59,661 bases of DNA from Bdellovibrionota bacterium (GTDB lineage: Bacteria > Bdellovibrionota_C > UBA2361 > OMII01): the NCBI GenBank assembly GCA_044356215.1, contig JBIKWQ010000010.1, forward strand, positions 1 through 59,661, written 5' to 3'. The translations under genes were made by a program, and so were the position numbers. Positions within the stretch are counted from its first letter, which is position 1. Every line of letters starts with the position of its first letter. Shown here one piece after another: positions 9,413-19,048 of the stretch. Below the pieces are notes generated by a model. It was not told where the DNA came from and did no database searches. It saw only the letters and a program-made list of their open reading frames with translations.

Positions 9413-10855
9413 CTACATCGGACTCTCCTCACTATCAGGCTCAGGAGTCGCCTCTGGAATCAAACCGGTTCGTAACATATCGATCTCAAAAGCTTGCTGG
9501 TCTTGAGATGACGCGACATAGGCTCTTTCTTCTGGTCGCCTATTCACAACCTCATCTTTGACTCCTTGCCAGTCGTGGCGCCAGAGCCCGAAATGACTCA
9601 ATTTACGTCTCATTCCATCGTTAATATACTCAGCTAGATCCGTCGATGACACGCCAGTTCCCTCGCCGCTCGGGTAGCGAAATCCAACTCCGTCTAAGGA
9701 ATATGCGTCTCCCGCTTTTAATATCTGAAATCGTTCCAGGGTATGTTCCTCACGCGGGTCACCCAGAGTGTTATCGTCACTTATCGAATCGTAGCACCCC
9801 ACGCACGGATTTCTCATAAATCCAGCTAAAGAACCGAGCTGCTCTACCGCTATATCTCTCATAGATTTATAAGCAACCACGTCTAAATTGTCTTCTAACA
9901 TCACTATAGCTGTGTTGGTATTACCCGGACTCAAACTCGCGTTGTACTGAAATAAATCCTTAGCCTGCAGCACCACCGCAAGAAACTCAGCGCGCAATGT
10001 CACATTACGTCTTATCTGGTTTCGAAACTCCTCGGGGCTAATTCCAGCGAAGATATGTTGATCAATCGGCGTAACATTCCATTTGCGCATAGTTGGGCCA
10101 TTCGAGAGATAAAGGACCAGTTTCAGGTCGCGATTGTCGGTTGAGAGGCGTTTGATAATCTCTTTAAGGTATCCAAAATCGCGGCCAAAAGTGCCATCAA
10201 TTAATACCCCGATGTACGGCTGCCTGACCCTCGCTCCTAACAACGCCTGCACATTAGCCTCAACAACAGGCCGTGCTTGGGGTTGCATAGCGTAAAGCAT
10301 TGTATAGCCCCTCGCTTGACCACCAACCCAGCCACGACCCGTAGTCGGAGTGTCGATCGGCGCGACAGCGGCGCCCCCCAACCCACCAGCGCCCCGCGCA
10401 ACCACTCCAGGGAGTATATCAGTTACCTGACTCCCCTCACCCTGCTCTAGACCGGAAAAGATATTGCGGCCATCACTCGGATCTAAAGGCGGGGGCTCAC
10501 TAGACCTCTCTGTTTGAGGAGTGGCTACCGCAGCGGGAGTCGGCGTTTGAGCGCTCGGGGCGTTAGTTGGAGCCACGTCATCAGGCAACCCAGAACTACC
10601 ACTGGCGGCGAGTTGCCGTAGCTCCCTCTCGAATTGATCCGAAGGTCTCGCGAATTTTGTGGGCCTGGAATCCTCCGCAAGGTTTCCATCAACAAAATTA
10701 GTAAGGGGCGCGGTCGTTGGGGCCTTAAAGATATCGTTAGTATCGACATTGCCTCGAAGCGTCAGCACACCAGACCGGTCACCGAACCAAAGCGAGGCGA
10801 GCCCTGCTATCAATAAAATATAAAAATATATCCTCTTCTTCTGACCTAAGAGCAT
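9413..10855 (-). CDS. Hypothetical membrane-anchored protein (TM, Pro/Ala linker, about 300-aa globular domain)
   Basis: IYFYILLIAGLASLWF hydrophobic segment; low-complexity linker; alternating beta/alpha C-terminal region. Confidence 0.75.
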   Translation of the reverse strand: MLLGQKKRIYFYILLIAGLASLWFGDRSGVLTLRGNVDTNDIFKAPTTAPLTNFVDGNLAEDSRPTKFARPSDQFERELRQLAASGSSGLPDDVAPTNAPSAQTPTPAAVATPQTERSSEPPPLDPSDGRNIFSGLEQGEGSQVTDILPGVVARGAGGLGGAAVAPIDTPTTGRGWVGGQARGYTMLYAMQPQARPVVEANVQALLGARVRQPYIGVLIDGTFGRDFGYLKEIIKRLSTDNRDLKLVLYLSNGPTMRKWNVTPIDQHIFAGISPEEFRNQIRRNVTLRAEFLAVVLQAKDLFQYNASLSPGNTNTAIVMLEDNLDVVAYKSMRDIAVEQLGSLAGFMRNPCVGCYDSISDDNTLGDPREEHTLERFQILKAGDAYSLDGVGFRYPSGEGTGVSSTDLAEYINDGMRRKLSHFGLWRHDWQGVKDEVVNRRPEERAYVASSQDQQAFEIDMLRTGLIPEATPEPDSEESPM

Positions 10856-10925
10856 TAAACCACCAATTCATATTGCCCCTTTATTATGCCACCAAACTAA
10901 ACCTCAGATGCAAGGTAAAACGTAA

Positions 10926-11636
10926 CTACACACCGGATTTGTTGACTCGCTTGAGCATTTGCTGAGTAGTTACGAAACTAGTTACCTGATCAAGCAACCT
11001 CCGAGGATCTGCCATCATCTGGTGATTATCATCAAGAGAAATCAGAGTAGCTTTTGGGTGTGCCGCTACAAACTCGAAACTGTGACTAAACGGCACTACT
11101 TCATCTCGCTCTCCGTGAATAACTAAGGTGGGCTTAGTAGTATCAATGTCTAAAGTGGCGAACTGCTTTAACTCATCTATAAAATTAGCATGAACCGACA
11201 CGATCTTCCCCGTAGCCCCCTCCTCAACTGGGAAGGATCCTTGAGCTCTCCATTTAGCCTCAGCTTCCGCCGAAATAACTGGCGTATCAGCGTGCCAGGG
11301 ATAGATTACTGGGGCTAGCAAGACGACCCCGATGATCTTTTGGCGAAGCTCCTCAGGCAAAGCACCCAAACTCCGGGTAGCTAAAAACCCTCCAAAGCTG
11401 CTGCCTATTATAACAACATTCCCTTTTTTTGCGGCGGTTGTGACCTCGTCTAAAACCACCTTAAACGCGCTAGCCACGGACATCCTCTCCAAGCAAGGGA
11501 TGGATAAGATGGGGGCCACAAATAGATATCCCAGCGTAGCTAACCCCTCTAAGAAAAGCTTCGCCTTAGGAGATTCAGGGGACGACCCTAGTCCATGGAG
11601 GTATATGACTGTTGTTGGCGTCGCTCTATCTTTCAC
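10926..11636 (-). CDS. Alpha/beta hydrolase, YqiA/YcfP-like esterase
   Basis: YLHGLGSSPESPK, GSSFGG, IHGERDEVVP, DDNH. Confidence 0.85.
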   Translation of the reverse strand: MKDRATPTTVIYLHGLGSSPESPKAKLFLEGLATLGYLFVAPILSIPCLERMSVASAFKVVLDEVTTAAKKGNVVIIGSSFGGFLATRSLGALPEELRQKIIGVVLLAPVIYPWHADTPVISAEAEAKWRAQGSFPVEEGATGKIVSVHANFIDELKQFATLDIDTTKPTLVIHGERDEVVPFSHSFEFVAAHPKATLISLDDNHQMMADPRRLLDQVTSFVTTQQMLKRVNKSGV

Positions 11637-11729
11637 CTGAATATTCCTTTTCCATATACGTCATCTATGGTACACGATTTTAATTAGGGACATCATAGAG
11701 CTCTCAACGTAAATACGATCTTATATATT

Positions 11730-13214
11730 ATGAATTCAAGTTTTTGTATCAGCTCCCGGAAGGTTATTACCAACAAGTTATTTTCTTTAGCTAGTAAGAC
11801 GCTTTTTATCGCCTCTTTAGCTTGTCTCAGTCAGAGCCACGTACGAGCTGACGATTCACAACAGCTCCCCGGAGCTAAACTCGCTGACGAGCTATCCCAG
11901 GCATTTGAGCGCGTAGCCGAAAATATCACTCCATCTGTTGTAACGATCTCCACCGAGAGCACCCCTAAGAAAAGTAAAGCTACCAAAGGCGAGGATCCTT
12001 TGAGGAAATTTTTTGGCGATGATTTTTTTGACAAGATGGCGCCCACTCCGCAACGAGGTCTGGGAACTGGAGTAATAGTTGACGAACAGGGGCACATACT
12101 AACAAACAATCACGTGATAGGTGACAGTAATGAGGTTAGCGTCAGACTCTCGAACGAAAAGAGTGTTAAAGCCAAAGTTGTTGGAACGGATCCGCGATCG
12201 GACTTAGCGGTAATAAAAATCAAAGTTAAAGAAGACCTGCCGAAGCCCGCGAAGTTAGGTGATTCAGAGAAGTTAAAGATCGGCGAATGGGTAGTGGCGG
12301 CGGGAGCCAGCTTCGGCCTTGATAATACAATTACAGCGGGCATCGTCTCAGCGAAAGGCCGCGCTCTATCAGGAGGATCCCAATACGAGGATTTCATACA
12401 GACCGACGCGGCGATCAATCCAGGGAACAGCGGTGGGCCGCTGGTTAACCTTCGCGGCGAAGTCGTTGGGATTAATACAGCGATCGTCTCAAAATCTGGC
12501 GGCTACATGGGGATCGGTTTCGCGATACCGATTAACATGGCGAAGCAGGTGCTCGGGAGTTTGATCTCGAATGGAAAAGTAACCCGTGGTTGGTTAGGTG
12601 TTGGAATTCAAAATCTTAACGAGGACCTCTCCAAATCGTTTGATTATTCTGAGACAGAGGGGGCTTTAGTTGGTCATGTAGATCCGAAAGGACCAGCGAA
12701 GAAGGCTGGTTTAAGACAGGGAGATATTATCGTTCAACTAGGAAAGGATAAGATTAAGAACGTTAATCAATTGAGAAATATGGTGGCGGCGATTAAGCCT
12801 GGCACAGCTACTGAGGTAACCATAATCAGAGCTGGAAAGCGTGACACGCTATCGGTAAATATCGGCGAGCTCCCAGCTCAAACACAGGAGGCTGAACCCG
12901 AGGAGAATGGCGAGGTTGAGAATCTAGGGCTGACTGTTGAGGAGTTTGATGAAAGCTCTCAGAGACGACCGCGATCGGATAAAACACGTGGAGTAATGAT
13001 TACTCAGATAGACCCGCAAGGTGTCGCCGCTCGCGCTGAACTTCAACCGGGTGACATCATAGTCAGCATTAACGGCCAGGAGGTTACTACACTAGAGGAC
13101 TTCCGGGCTGCCACATCGAAAGCCGACCTCAAGAAAGGAGTTCGGTTTGTCGTTGAGAGCCAGGGTATGGAGAGATTCGCGATCATTCGGGAGACACCGG
13201 AAGAAACGGATTAA
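11730..13214 (+). CDS. DegP/DegQ (HtrA) periplasmic serine protease with two PDZ domains
   Basis: TNNHVI, SDLAVIK, IQTDAAINPGNSGGPL; signal peptide. Confidence 0.95.
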   Translation: MNSSFCISSRKVITNKLFSLASKTLFIASLACLSQSHVRADDSQQLPGAKLADELSQAFERVAENITPSVVTISTESTPKKSKATKGEDPLRKFFGDDFFDKMAPTPQRGLGTGVIVDEQGHILTNNHVIGDSNEVSVRLSNEKSVKAKVVGTDPRSDLAVIKIKVKEDLPKPAKLGDSEKLKIGEWVVAAGASFGLDNTITAGIVSAKGRALSGGSQYEDFIQTDAAINPGNSGGPLVNLRGEVVGINTAIVSKSGGYMGIGFAIPINMAKQVLGSLISNGKVTRGWLGVGIQNLNEDLSKSFDYSETEGALVGHVDPKGPAKKAGLRQGDIIVQLGKDKIKNVNQLRNMVAAIKPGTATEVTIIRAGKRDTLSVNIGELPAQTQEAEPEENGEVENLGLTVEEFDESSQRRPRSDKTRGVMITQIDPQGVAARAELQPGDIIVSINGQEVTTLEDFRAATSKADLKKGVRFVVESQGMERFAIIRETPEETD

Positions 13215-13336
13215 GGATCATAGAGATACGCCTCTTGCCCCCAATCTTGCTCATTTAGACCTGATTAGTGTATTCTTCGACTCTCAGTCCGGGTTGGACG
13301 AACGCATCCGACTCAGTGAAATATAAAGGCTAAGAT

Positions 13337-13954
13337 ATGCTATCTCTATCATTCAGAAAAAAATTGGCACTATTGTCAGTGTTGGCTTCTGCTATCACAT
13401 ACACGGCTTTCTTGGGTGACGCTTTCGCGCAGTCTAACACATCAAAGAAGGAATGGACGATCGAGGAGATACTTTCAGAGCGCAAATTTAGAGCTGCTGT
13501 GAAAAAACCACGATACTGCCAGACTGGAACAGCTTTTAGACCTTGCGTTTGCCATCAAGACGTTCCGTCAGTTGTTCAGTATCGTCCATCAGTAAAAGAA
13601 TGCGGAGGAGCGGCGGCGATCATTCTCTCAGGTAGATACAAAGACATCTTCAGCGTCGTAGTCCGAGATAGAGAGAACAAGGATCGTTGGCCCCCTCAGG
13701 GTATAAGCAACTGCACCGCGTATCAACGCGACGTGCTTGCTCTTCACAAGTGCAGCGCCTTTAAGGCCCAGAAGGTGATCGATGTAGATGACGCTCGCGG
13801 AGATGCCTCAGTGCACTGCTTAGGCGCGAGCGGATCCTCAACTCTCTTCAGAAGGGTCGTGCGAATGACCGCTAAGCTGGCTGATGTTCCCAACTCCACA
13901 GCTGACCCGTTAGCTCGTTGGTGCCTAGTTAAGCCGACAGAGGCTCTTAATTAG
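13337..13954 (+). CDS. Hypothetical secreted Cys-rich protein
   Basis: Signal peptide ending AFA; 8 cysteines in the mature region. Confidence 0.75.
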   Translation: MLSLSFRKKLALLSVLASAITYTAFLGDAFAQSNTSKKEWTIEEILSERKFRAAVKKPRYCQTGTAFRPCVCHQDVPSVVQYRPSVKECGGAAAIILSGRYKDIFSVVVRDRENKDRWPPQGISNCTAYQRDVLALHKCSAFKAQKVIDVDDARGDASVHCLGASGSSTLFRRVVRMTAKLADVPNSTADPLARWCLVKPTEALN

Positions 13955-14001
13955 GTAAAGCCAGCATAGCTGAGCATTTACCTTCAAGTCCCTTCAGGGA
14001 C

Positions 14002-14772
14002 CTAAGTTAAAACCTCGCACCCCTTCTCTGTAACAACCACAGTGTGTTCCCACTGTGCCGACAGGGAGCCATCCGCTGTGCGCACCGTCCAACCATCAAC
14101 TTTCGATAATGATGTCTTTGACGTTCCCGCGTTGATCATCGGCTCTATCGTAAACGTCATCCCTGGTTTTATAACCGCGCCGGTTCCACGCCTAGCTGTG
14201 TGAATAACCTGCGGGGCCTCATGGAAATCACGCCCCAATCCGTGCCCGGTGTACTCTTTAACGATACCGTAACGCTTTCCTGTAGAATTTATAAATTCCT
14301 GTATCGCGGCGCCGATATCGCCGATTCGCTTACCCGGCTTAACTACATCTATTCCGATGGATAGAGCTTTTTTAGCTACCGCGACTAGTTCGCGCGCCTG
14401 GTCAGAGCAAGCCTCCTCGCCCCCAACAAAATACATCCTGCTGGAATCGCCGTGGAAACCGTGCTTGTAAGAGGTCACATCAACATTAACGATATCGCCC
14501 TTATTTAGAATTGTGAACGGGCTAGGGACTCCGTGACAGATCACCTCATTTGGCGATACACAAACAGACTTAGGAAAACCCTTGTAATTTAGCGGAGCGG
14601 GCAAGGCGCCCAGCTCGATCGTGCGCCTGTGAACGAATGAGTTGATCTGCTCCGTGCTCACCCCTGGGCGGATAATATCGCCGACCTCATCTAGGATCGT
14701 CGACGTAACTCGGCAAGCCTCACGCATCAGCTCGATCTCTGCGGGAGTTTTAATAATTATTCGCTCTGACAC
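14002..14772 (-). CDS. map: Methionine aminopeptidase type I (GTG start at 14772 preferred)
   Basis: NEVICHGVP, DVT..GFHGDSSR, GHGLGRDFHEAP, FTIEPMIN, SAQWEHT. Confidence 0.96.
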   Translation of the reverse strand: MSERIIIKTPAEIELMREACRVTSTILDEVGDIIRPGVSTEQINSFVHRRTIELGALPAPLNYKGFPKSVCVSPNEVICHGVPSPFTILNKGDIVNVDVTSYKHGFHGDSSRMYFVGGEEACSDQARELVAVAKKALSIGIDVVKPGKRIGDIGAAIQEFINSTGKRYGIVKEYTGHGLGRDFHEAPQVIHTARRGTGAVIKPGMTFTIEPMINAGTSKTSLSKVDGWTVRTADGSLSAQWEHTVVVTEKGCEVLT

Positions 14773-14789
14773 GTCTACTTCCTGAATAC

Positions 14790-15242
14790 CTAGGCTGCCC
14801 AATCTGAGATGATAGCAAAATGCTTGTCAGAAACTGGGATCACACTTAACCGTGAGCCCCTTTGCAAAAGGGCTAATCCCTCAAGCTCTCGGTTATTTCT
14901 GAGCTCCTCTAACGATACCATTTTAGGGAGTTTCTTTAAAAAAGCCAGGTCTGGGCAGAACCAGCGAGGGTTCTCCTTAGTGGCGGCGGGGTCGAAATAC
15001 TCCCCATCCTGCTCAAATTGTGTTGGGTCCGGCTTGGCCTCGTTTTTCACTGATGCTATGCCCACCACTCCGGGAGGCTCCGCGTTTGAGTGATAAATCA
15101 GGACGATATCCCCCCTCTTCATCTCTCTTAAAAAATTTCTCGCTTGGTAATTACGCACACCGGTCCAAGCTGTAAACTTATCTCGCTGAAGATCGTCGAT
15201 CGAATATACGTGAGGTTCAGTCTTTACTAACCAATAAGCCAT
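14790..15242 (-). CDS. EVE domain protein
   Basis: YWLVKTEP..WTGVRNYQARNFLR..YHSN..RLSVIPV. Confidence 0.93.
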   Translation of the reverse strand: MAYWLVKTEPHVYSIDDLQRDKFTAWTGVRNYQARNFLREMKRGDIVLIYHSNAEPPGVVGIASVKNEAKPDPTQFEQDGEYFDPAATKENPRWFCPDLAFLKKLPKMVSLEELRNNRELEGLALLQRGSRLSVIPVSDKHFAIISDWAA

Positions 15243-15286
15243 AGCTACTCACAAACCTGAGATGTTTATGGCCGTTGGTCTAACAG

Positions 15287-16042
15287 TTATTGAGCTAGCT
15301 GCCTAGCTACTATCTGCCTAATACCGTCGAAACCGGGTGTCGGCAATTTAACCCGCGCCGACCGACTACCTATCTGCGCTAAAGCGTACGCGTCAGAGAA
15401 AGAGAAGAGCTGAAATTTAATCTTTGGCCACTTACGCTTAAAGATCGCGGAAGAGTCCGTATAAGCCAGGTCAAAAGCCCTAAAACCGTAGGTTTCCACA
15501 AGATCACCCAAAACGGCTAATCGAGTCGGGGTCTTGTCGAGACGAGTTGGGATCGCGACTCCGTTAAATCTCTCCAAGGTGTGCAAAACTTGATCTAGTG
15601 ATTGAGCCACTACAAACTTCTCGTCCCCCTTCGCTTCAATCGGGACCTGTAGCTCCCTCAGAAACGCCGAGACATCAGCGGCTGTGGTCGTTTCCGAAAA
15701 GAGGCACGAGATAATCACATCGTCACACTTACCAACTCTGCATCTGAGGCTTACCCCAGGTATTACGGTCACGGGAGAACCTTTTGCCGCCATGACCAAC
15801 TGGTCGATAAAGTCCCCACTATAGAGATCAGTTATCGCGATTACATCCAGCCCCTTTACTTTCGAAAGTCGCACCATTGCCGGGGCTGATTCAATACCAT
15901 CAATGTTTAGGTACCCCAAAGACGCTGGGCTGTTTACCTTAAGATCGAGAACATAATTACTCTTTCCGCTTCTAGTCTTCTCTATCTTTCCCGCAAGAGA
16001 TGACGAGCTCTGCTGCTGGTTAAGCGATTTTGGACGTCCCAT
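15287..16042 (-). CDS. PHP-domain-like protein lacking the metal-binding histidines
   Basis: DLKVNSPAS (cf. DLHxHT), GLDVIAITDLY (cf. AITDHN), IPGVSL, FSDAY (cf. SDAH). Confidence 0.7.
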   Translation of the reverse strand: MGRPKSLNQQQSSSSLAGKIEKTRSGKSNYVLDLKVNSPASLGYLNIDGIESAPAMVRLSKVKGLDVIAITDLYSGDFIDQLVMAAKGSPVTVIPGVSLRCRVGKCDDVIISCLFSETTTAADVSAFLRELQVPIEAKGDEKFVVAQSLDQVLHTLERFNGVAIPTRLDKTPTRLAVLGDLVETYGFRAFDLAYTDSSAIFKRKWPKIKFQLFSFSDAYALAQIGSRSARVKLPTPGFDGIRQIVARQLAQ

Positions 16043-16056
16043 AAAATCCTCCGTGG

Positions 16057-16515
16057 TTACTGCGAATCTGTGCTAGATCGAATCCCTTCTTTCAGTTTTC
16101 TGCTTTGCGCCTCTACGTTTTCACGATCTGGGGAGCGCGGCCCCTCCTGCGCGGCGCCGATCGACTCAACCGCCTCTCTTAGGATCGACTTCATCGACGC
16201 TAGCTGCGTCTCTAAACGACCGATGTCGCCCGCGCTAGCTAACGCTCCTAAGCCAGCAAGAACCTTATCGACCTTCATCATCAGTGTTGAGACACGAGAC
16301 GCTAAGAGATCGAGCCGTCCCTCTAACAACTGAAGATCTGTGGAGGAGGCGATTCCCATCATCCTGGCTATCGTTTGAGCGCTCACCTCGACTCGAGGAT
16401 TAGCCGCCGATGCCGCTGATGGCTGCGTCTGCGTCGGTAAAGCTGCCGCGATCTGATCCTGCTGCTTATCTAATAAATCGTCGCTCTTTTGATTAGAGCC
16501 GTTTTCACTATCCAT
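16057..16515 (-). CDS. Hypothetical coiled-coil protein (ATG at 16515 preferred)
   Basis: AGAGGA SD before MDSENG; heptad-rich LQLLEGRLDLLASRVSTL. Confidence 0.65.
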   Translation of the reverse strand: MDSENGSNQKSDDLLDKQQDQIAAALPTQTQPSAASAANPRVEVSAQTIARMMGIASSTDLQLLEGRLDLLASRVSTLMMKVDKVLAGLGALASAGDIGRLETQLASMKSILREAVESIGAAQEGPRSPDRENVEAQSRKLKEGIRSSTDSQ

Positions 16516-16822
16516 CTGTTTCGATCCTCTTTTGTCTAAGTATCTTCTAGAAACCAAATACACCTAGCCGTCTCTAAGTTTAGATGCGGGGCGGTCATGG
16601 ATTGATTCCTGCTTGTAACTACTCGCCGGATTTCTTTAGGTCGTTTGAGTAGTTATTACTACTCTATCTGGTGCCAGCAAACGGCGTATTATCAATGGGT
16701 TAGCATCGCGAAGTCGTTTTTTTTCTATGTCATCAGGTCGACTAAGCCCGTGATCACATCTCATCTTGGTAGCACCTCGAAAAACCCTGGTGTCTCTTAA
16801 AGGATATCGCTAACTTATCGAT

Positions 16823-19009
16823 ATGAATGCTAGTCGTGAAATAATGTGGAACCTCAACACCCTGCCGAATGTAATTGGCTTGTACGGGTTGTTGCTTGTA
16901 AGTTTGGCTATCGGTGTGAACGGAGTCTTAGCTCGCTGCGCTCTCTGGCGCTCCGGCAAGCCAGCCGCTGAATACACCGGCTCGTGGGTGTCGCGGCTCG
17001 ATGATTTGATTCAGTGCGGACTTTTTCAGAAAAAAGTAGTCCGAGGTAAGAGCGGATCCGCGATGGCGCATCTGTTGGTCTACTTAGGATTCCTGGTTCT
17101 AACTTTCACAACCACAATGGTGTTCATTCACCACGACCTAGGTATCGAGATCTATCAGGGCGCGTTTTACCTCTGGCTAACGGTATTAAGCGATGTGTTC
17201 GGAGTTCTACTCTTAGGCGGCATTCTCTTCTTCGGTTATCGGCGTCATATCATGCGCGCTGATGGAGCTAGCTTCTCACGGAACGAGGATTACATTCTGA
17301 TAATGTTAGCTCTAATGGTCGTTCAGGGATACATCCTTGAGGGACTAAGAGTTTACGTGACAAATGATCCATGGGCTCTTTATTCACCGATCGGTTGGGC
17401 AGTCGCGCGAGGATCCTGGTTTCTGAGTGAATCGCAGGCGCGCTCAGCGCATTTCTTCACTTGGTGGTTTCACACTCTAACCGTCTATACATTTATCGCT
17501 CTCTTCCCGTACACCAAATTCTTCCACATATTCTCAAGCCCACTAAATCTCTTTTTCTCACGAACATCGCGTCCTAAAGGAGCCTTGCCGTTTATCGGTG
17601 ATATCCAAAATATGATGGAGAGCGGAGAGGAATTCGCTTTAGGCCTTGGAACTATCAAGGACTACACATGGAAGAACCTGCTCGATCTAGACGCCTGCAC
17701 ACAGTGTGGAAGATGCCAAGACGTTTGCCCAGCCTACCTATCTGGCAAGCCGCTCTCTCCAAAATGGATGATCCTTGATACACGCAACCACGCTTACGCG
17801 TTGCACGCGACCGGGCAGATCGCGGATTCCAAACTACCTGGACCTGCGGGAACGATCGATATGGAGCTATCCCGAGACGTGTTACTGCCGTTCAACGCCG
17901 TACGAACGGAGGACGGAAAGCTCATATCGAGTGGCGCACACCGCGCCAAGAATCCTCTTGTTCAAGAATCGGTACGTTCTCTCGGCTCATCACCTGACGC
18001 GAAGATCGCAGGCGATGTGATGGATCCAAATGTATTCTGGACTTGCAATACTTGCATGGCATGCGTCGAGGCCTGCCCTGTTGGGATAAACCATGTCGAT
18101 CAGATAGTCGGTAATAGACGCCACATGACGATGATGGAGGGACAGATACCTCATGAGGCGCAAGCCACTTTAAGGTCCCTTGAGAGCCGCGGCAATCCTT
18201 ACGGACCAGCCGAGGATCGCTCTCAGTGGCTTAATGGATTAGGGGTTAAAACATTACAACCAGGTGAAGCGGTTGATTACCTCTATTGGGTTGGGTGTGT
18301 GTCCGCATTCGACCCACGCAAACAAAAGATCGCTAAGGCTCTCGTCTCGATTATGCAGAAAGCCGGGCTCTCATTCGGAGTTCTGGGCAATATGGAGGGG
18401 TGCACCGGAGATCCTGCTCGCAGATTGGGCGAGGAGAATTTATTTCAGACCTTGGCTAAGCAGAACATCGAGCTTTTAAAATCTGTGTCGTTTAAGGTTT
18501 TGGTGGCCAACTGCCCTCACTGCTTTAATACGATTAAGAACGAGTACCCTCAGTTTGGAAATCTAGGGGAAGGGAGATCCCCTGAGATAATCCACCACTC
18601 GGCTTTGCTAAAACGTCTTATAGCTGAAGATAAGCTGCCCCTTAAAGAGGGCTCACTAAAGGATGTTACCTTCCATGATCCCTGCTACCTTGGGCGCTAT
18701 AACGACGAGTATGAGGCCCCACGACAGAGCCTAAAGGCGGTCAAAGGCCTGCGAATTATTGAGATGGAACGCAGCCGCGAGAAGGGCCTCTGCTGCGGAG
18801 CGGGCGGAGGGCACTTCTGGATGGATCTAAAGATAGGAGAGCGCGTGAACTCTATCCGCGCGCAAGAGGCTGCCGCGACAGGAGCATCAACAGTCGCTAC
18901 TGCGTGTCCATTTTGCATGCAGATGATGGAGGACGGTGTTAAAATAACAGATAACGAGAGCAAGCTAGATGTACGAGATATCGCCGAGGTTATCGCTGAT
19001 AGATTATAA
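16823..19009 (+). CDS. FadF-like membrane Fe-S oxidoreductase (NarI-like TM + 2x[4Fe-4S] + CCG domains)
   Basis: CTQCGRCQDVCP, CNTCMACVEACP, HDPCYLGRYN, CCGAGGG, TACPFC. Confidence 0.9.
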   Translation: MNASREIMWNLNTLPNVIGLYGLLLVSLAIGVNGVLARCALWRSGKPAAEYTGSWVSRLDDLIQCGLFQKKVVRGKSGSAMAHLLVYLGFLVLTFTTTMVFIHHDLGIEIYQGAFYLWLTVLSDVFGVLLLGGILFFGYRRHIMRADGASFSRNEDYILIMLALMVVQGYILEGLRVYVTNDPWALYSPIGWAVARGSWFLSESQARSAHFFTWWFHTLTVYTFIALFPYTKFFHIFSSPLNLFFSRTSRPKGALPFIGDIQNMMESGEEFALGLGTIKDYTWKNLLDLDACTQCGRCQDVCPAYLSGKPLSPKWMILDTRNHAYALHATGQIADSKLPGPAGTIDMELSRDVLLPFNAVRTEDGKLISSGAHRAKNPLVQESVRSLGSSPDAKIAGDVMDPNVFWTCNTCMACVEACPVGINHVDQIVGNRRHMTMMEGQIPHEAQATLRSLESRGNPYGPAEDRSQWLNGLGVKTLQPGEAVDYLYWVGCVSAFDPRKQKIAKALVSIMQKAGLSFGVLGNMEGCTGDPARRLGEENLFQTLAKQNIELLKSVSFKVLVANCPHCFNTIKNEYPQFGNLGEGRSPEIIHHSALLKRLIAEDKLPLKEGSLKDVTFHDPCYLGRYNDEYEAPRQSLKAVKGLRIIEMERSREKGLCCGAGGGHFWMDLKIGERVNSIRAQEAAATGASTVATACPFCMQMMEDGVKITDNESKLDVRDIAEVIADRL

Positions 19010-19048
19010 AGGTGGCATCCACTAGCGAATTATTAAGGTATTACCGAT

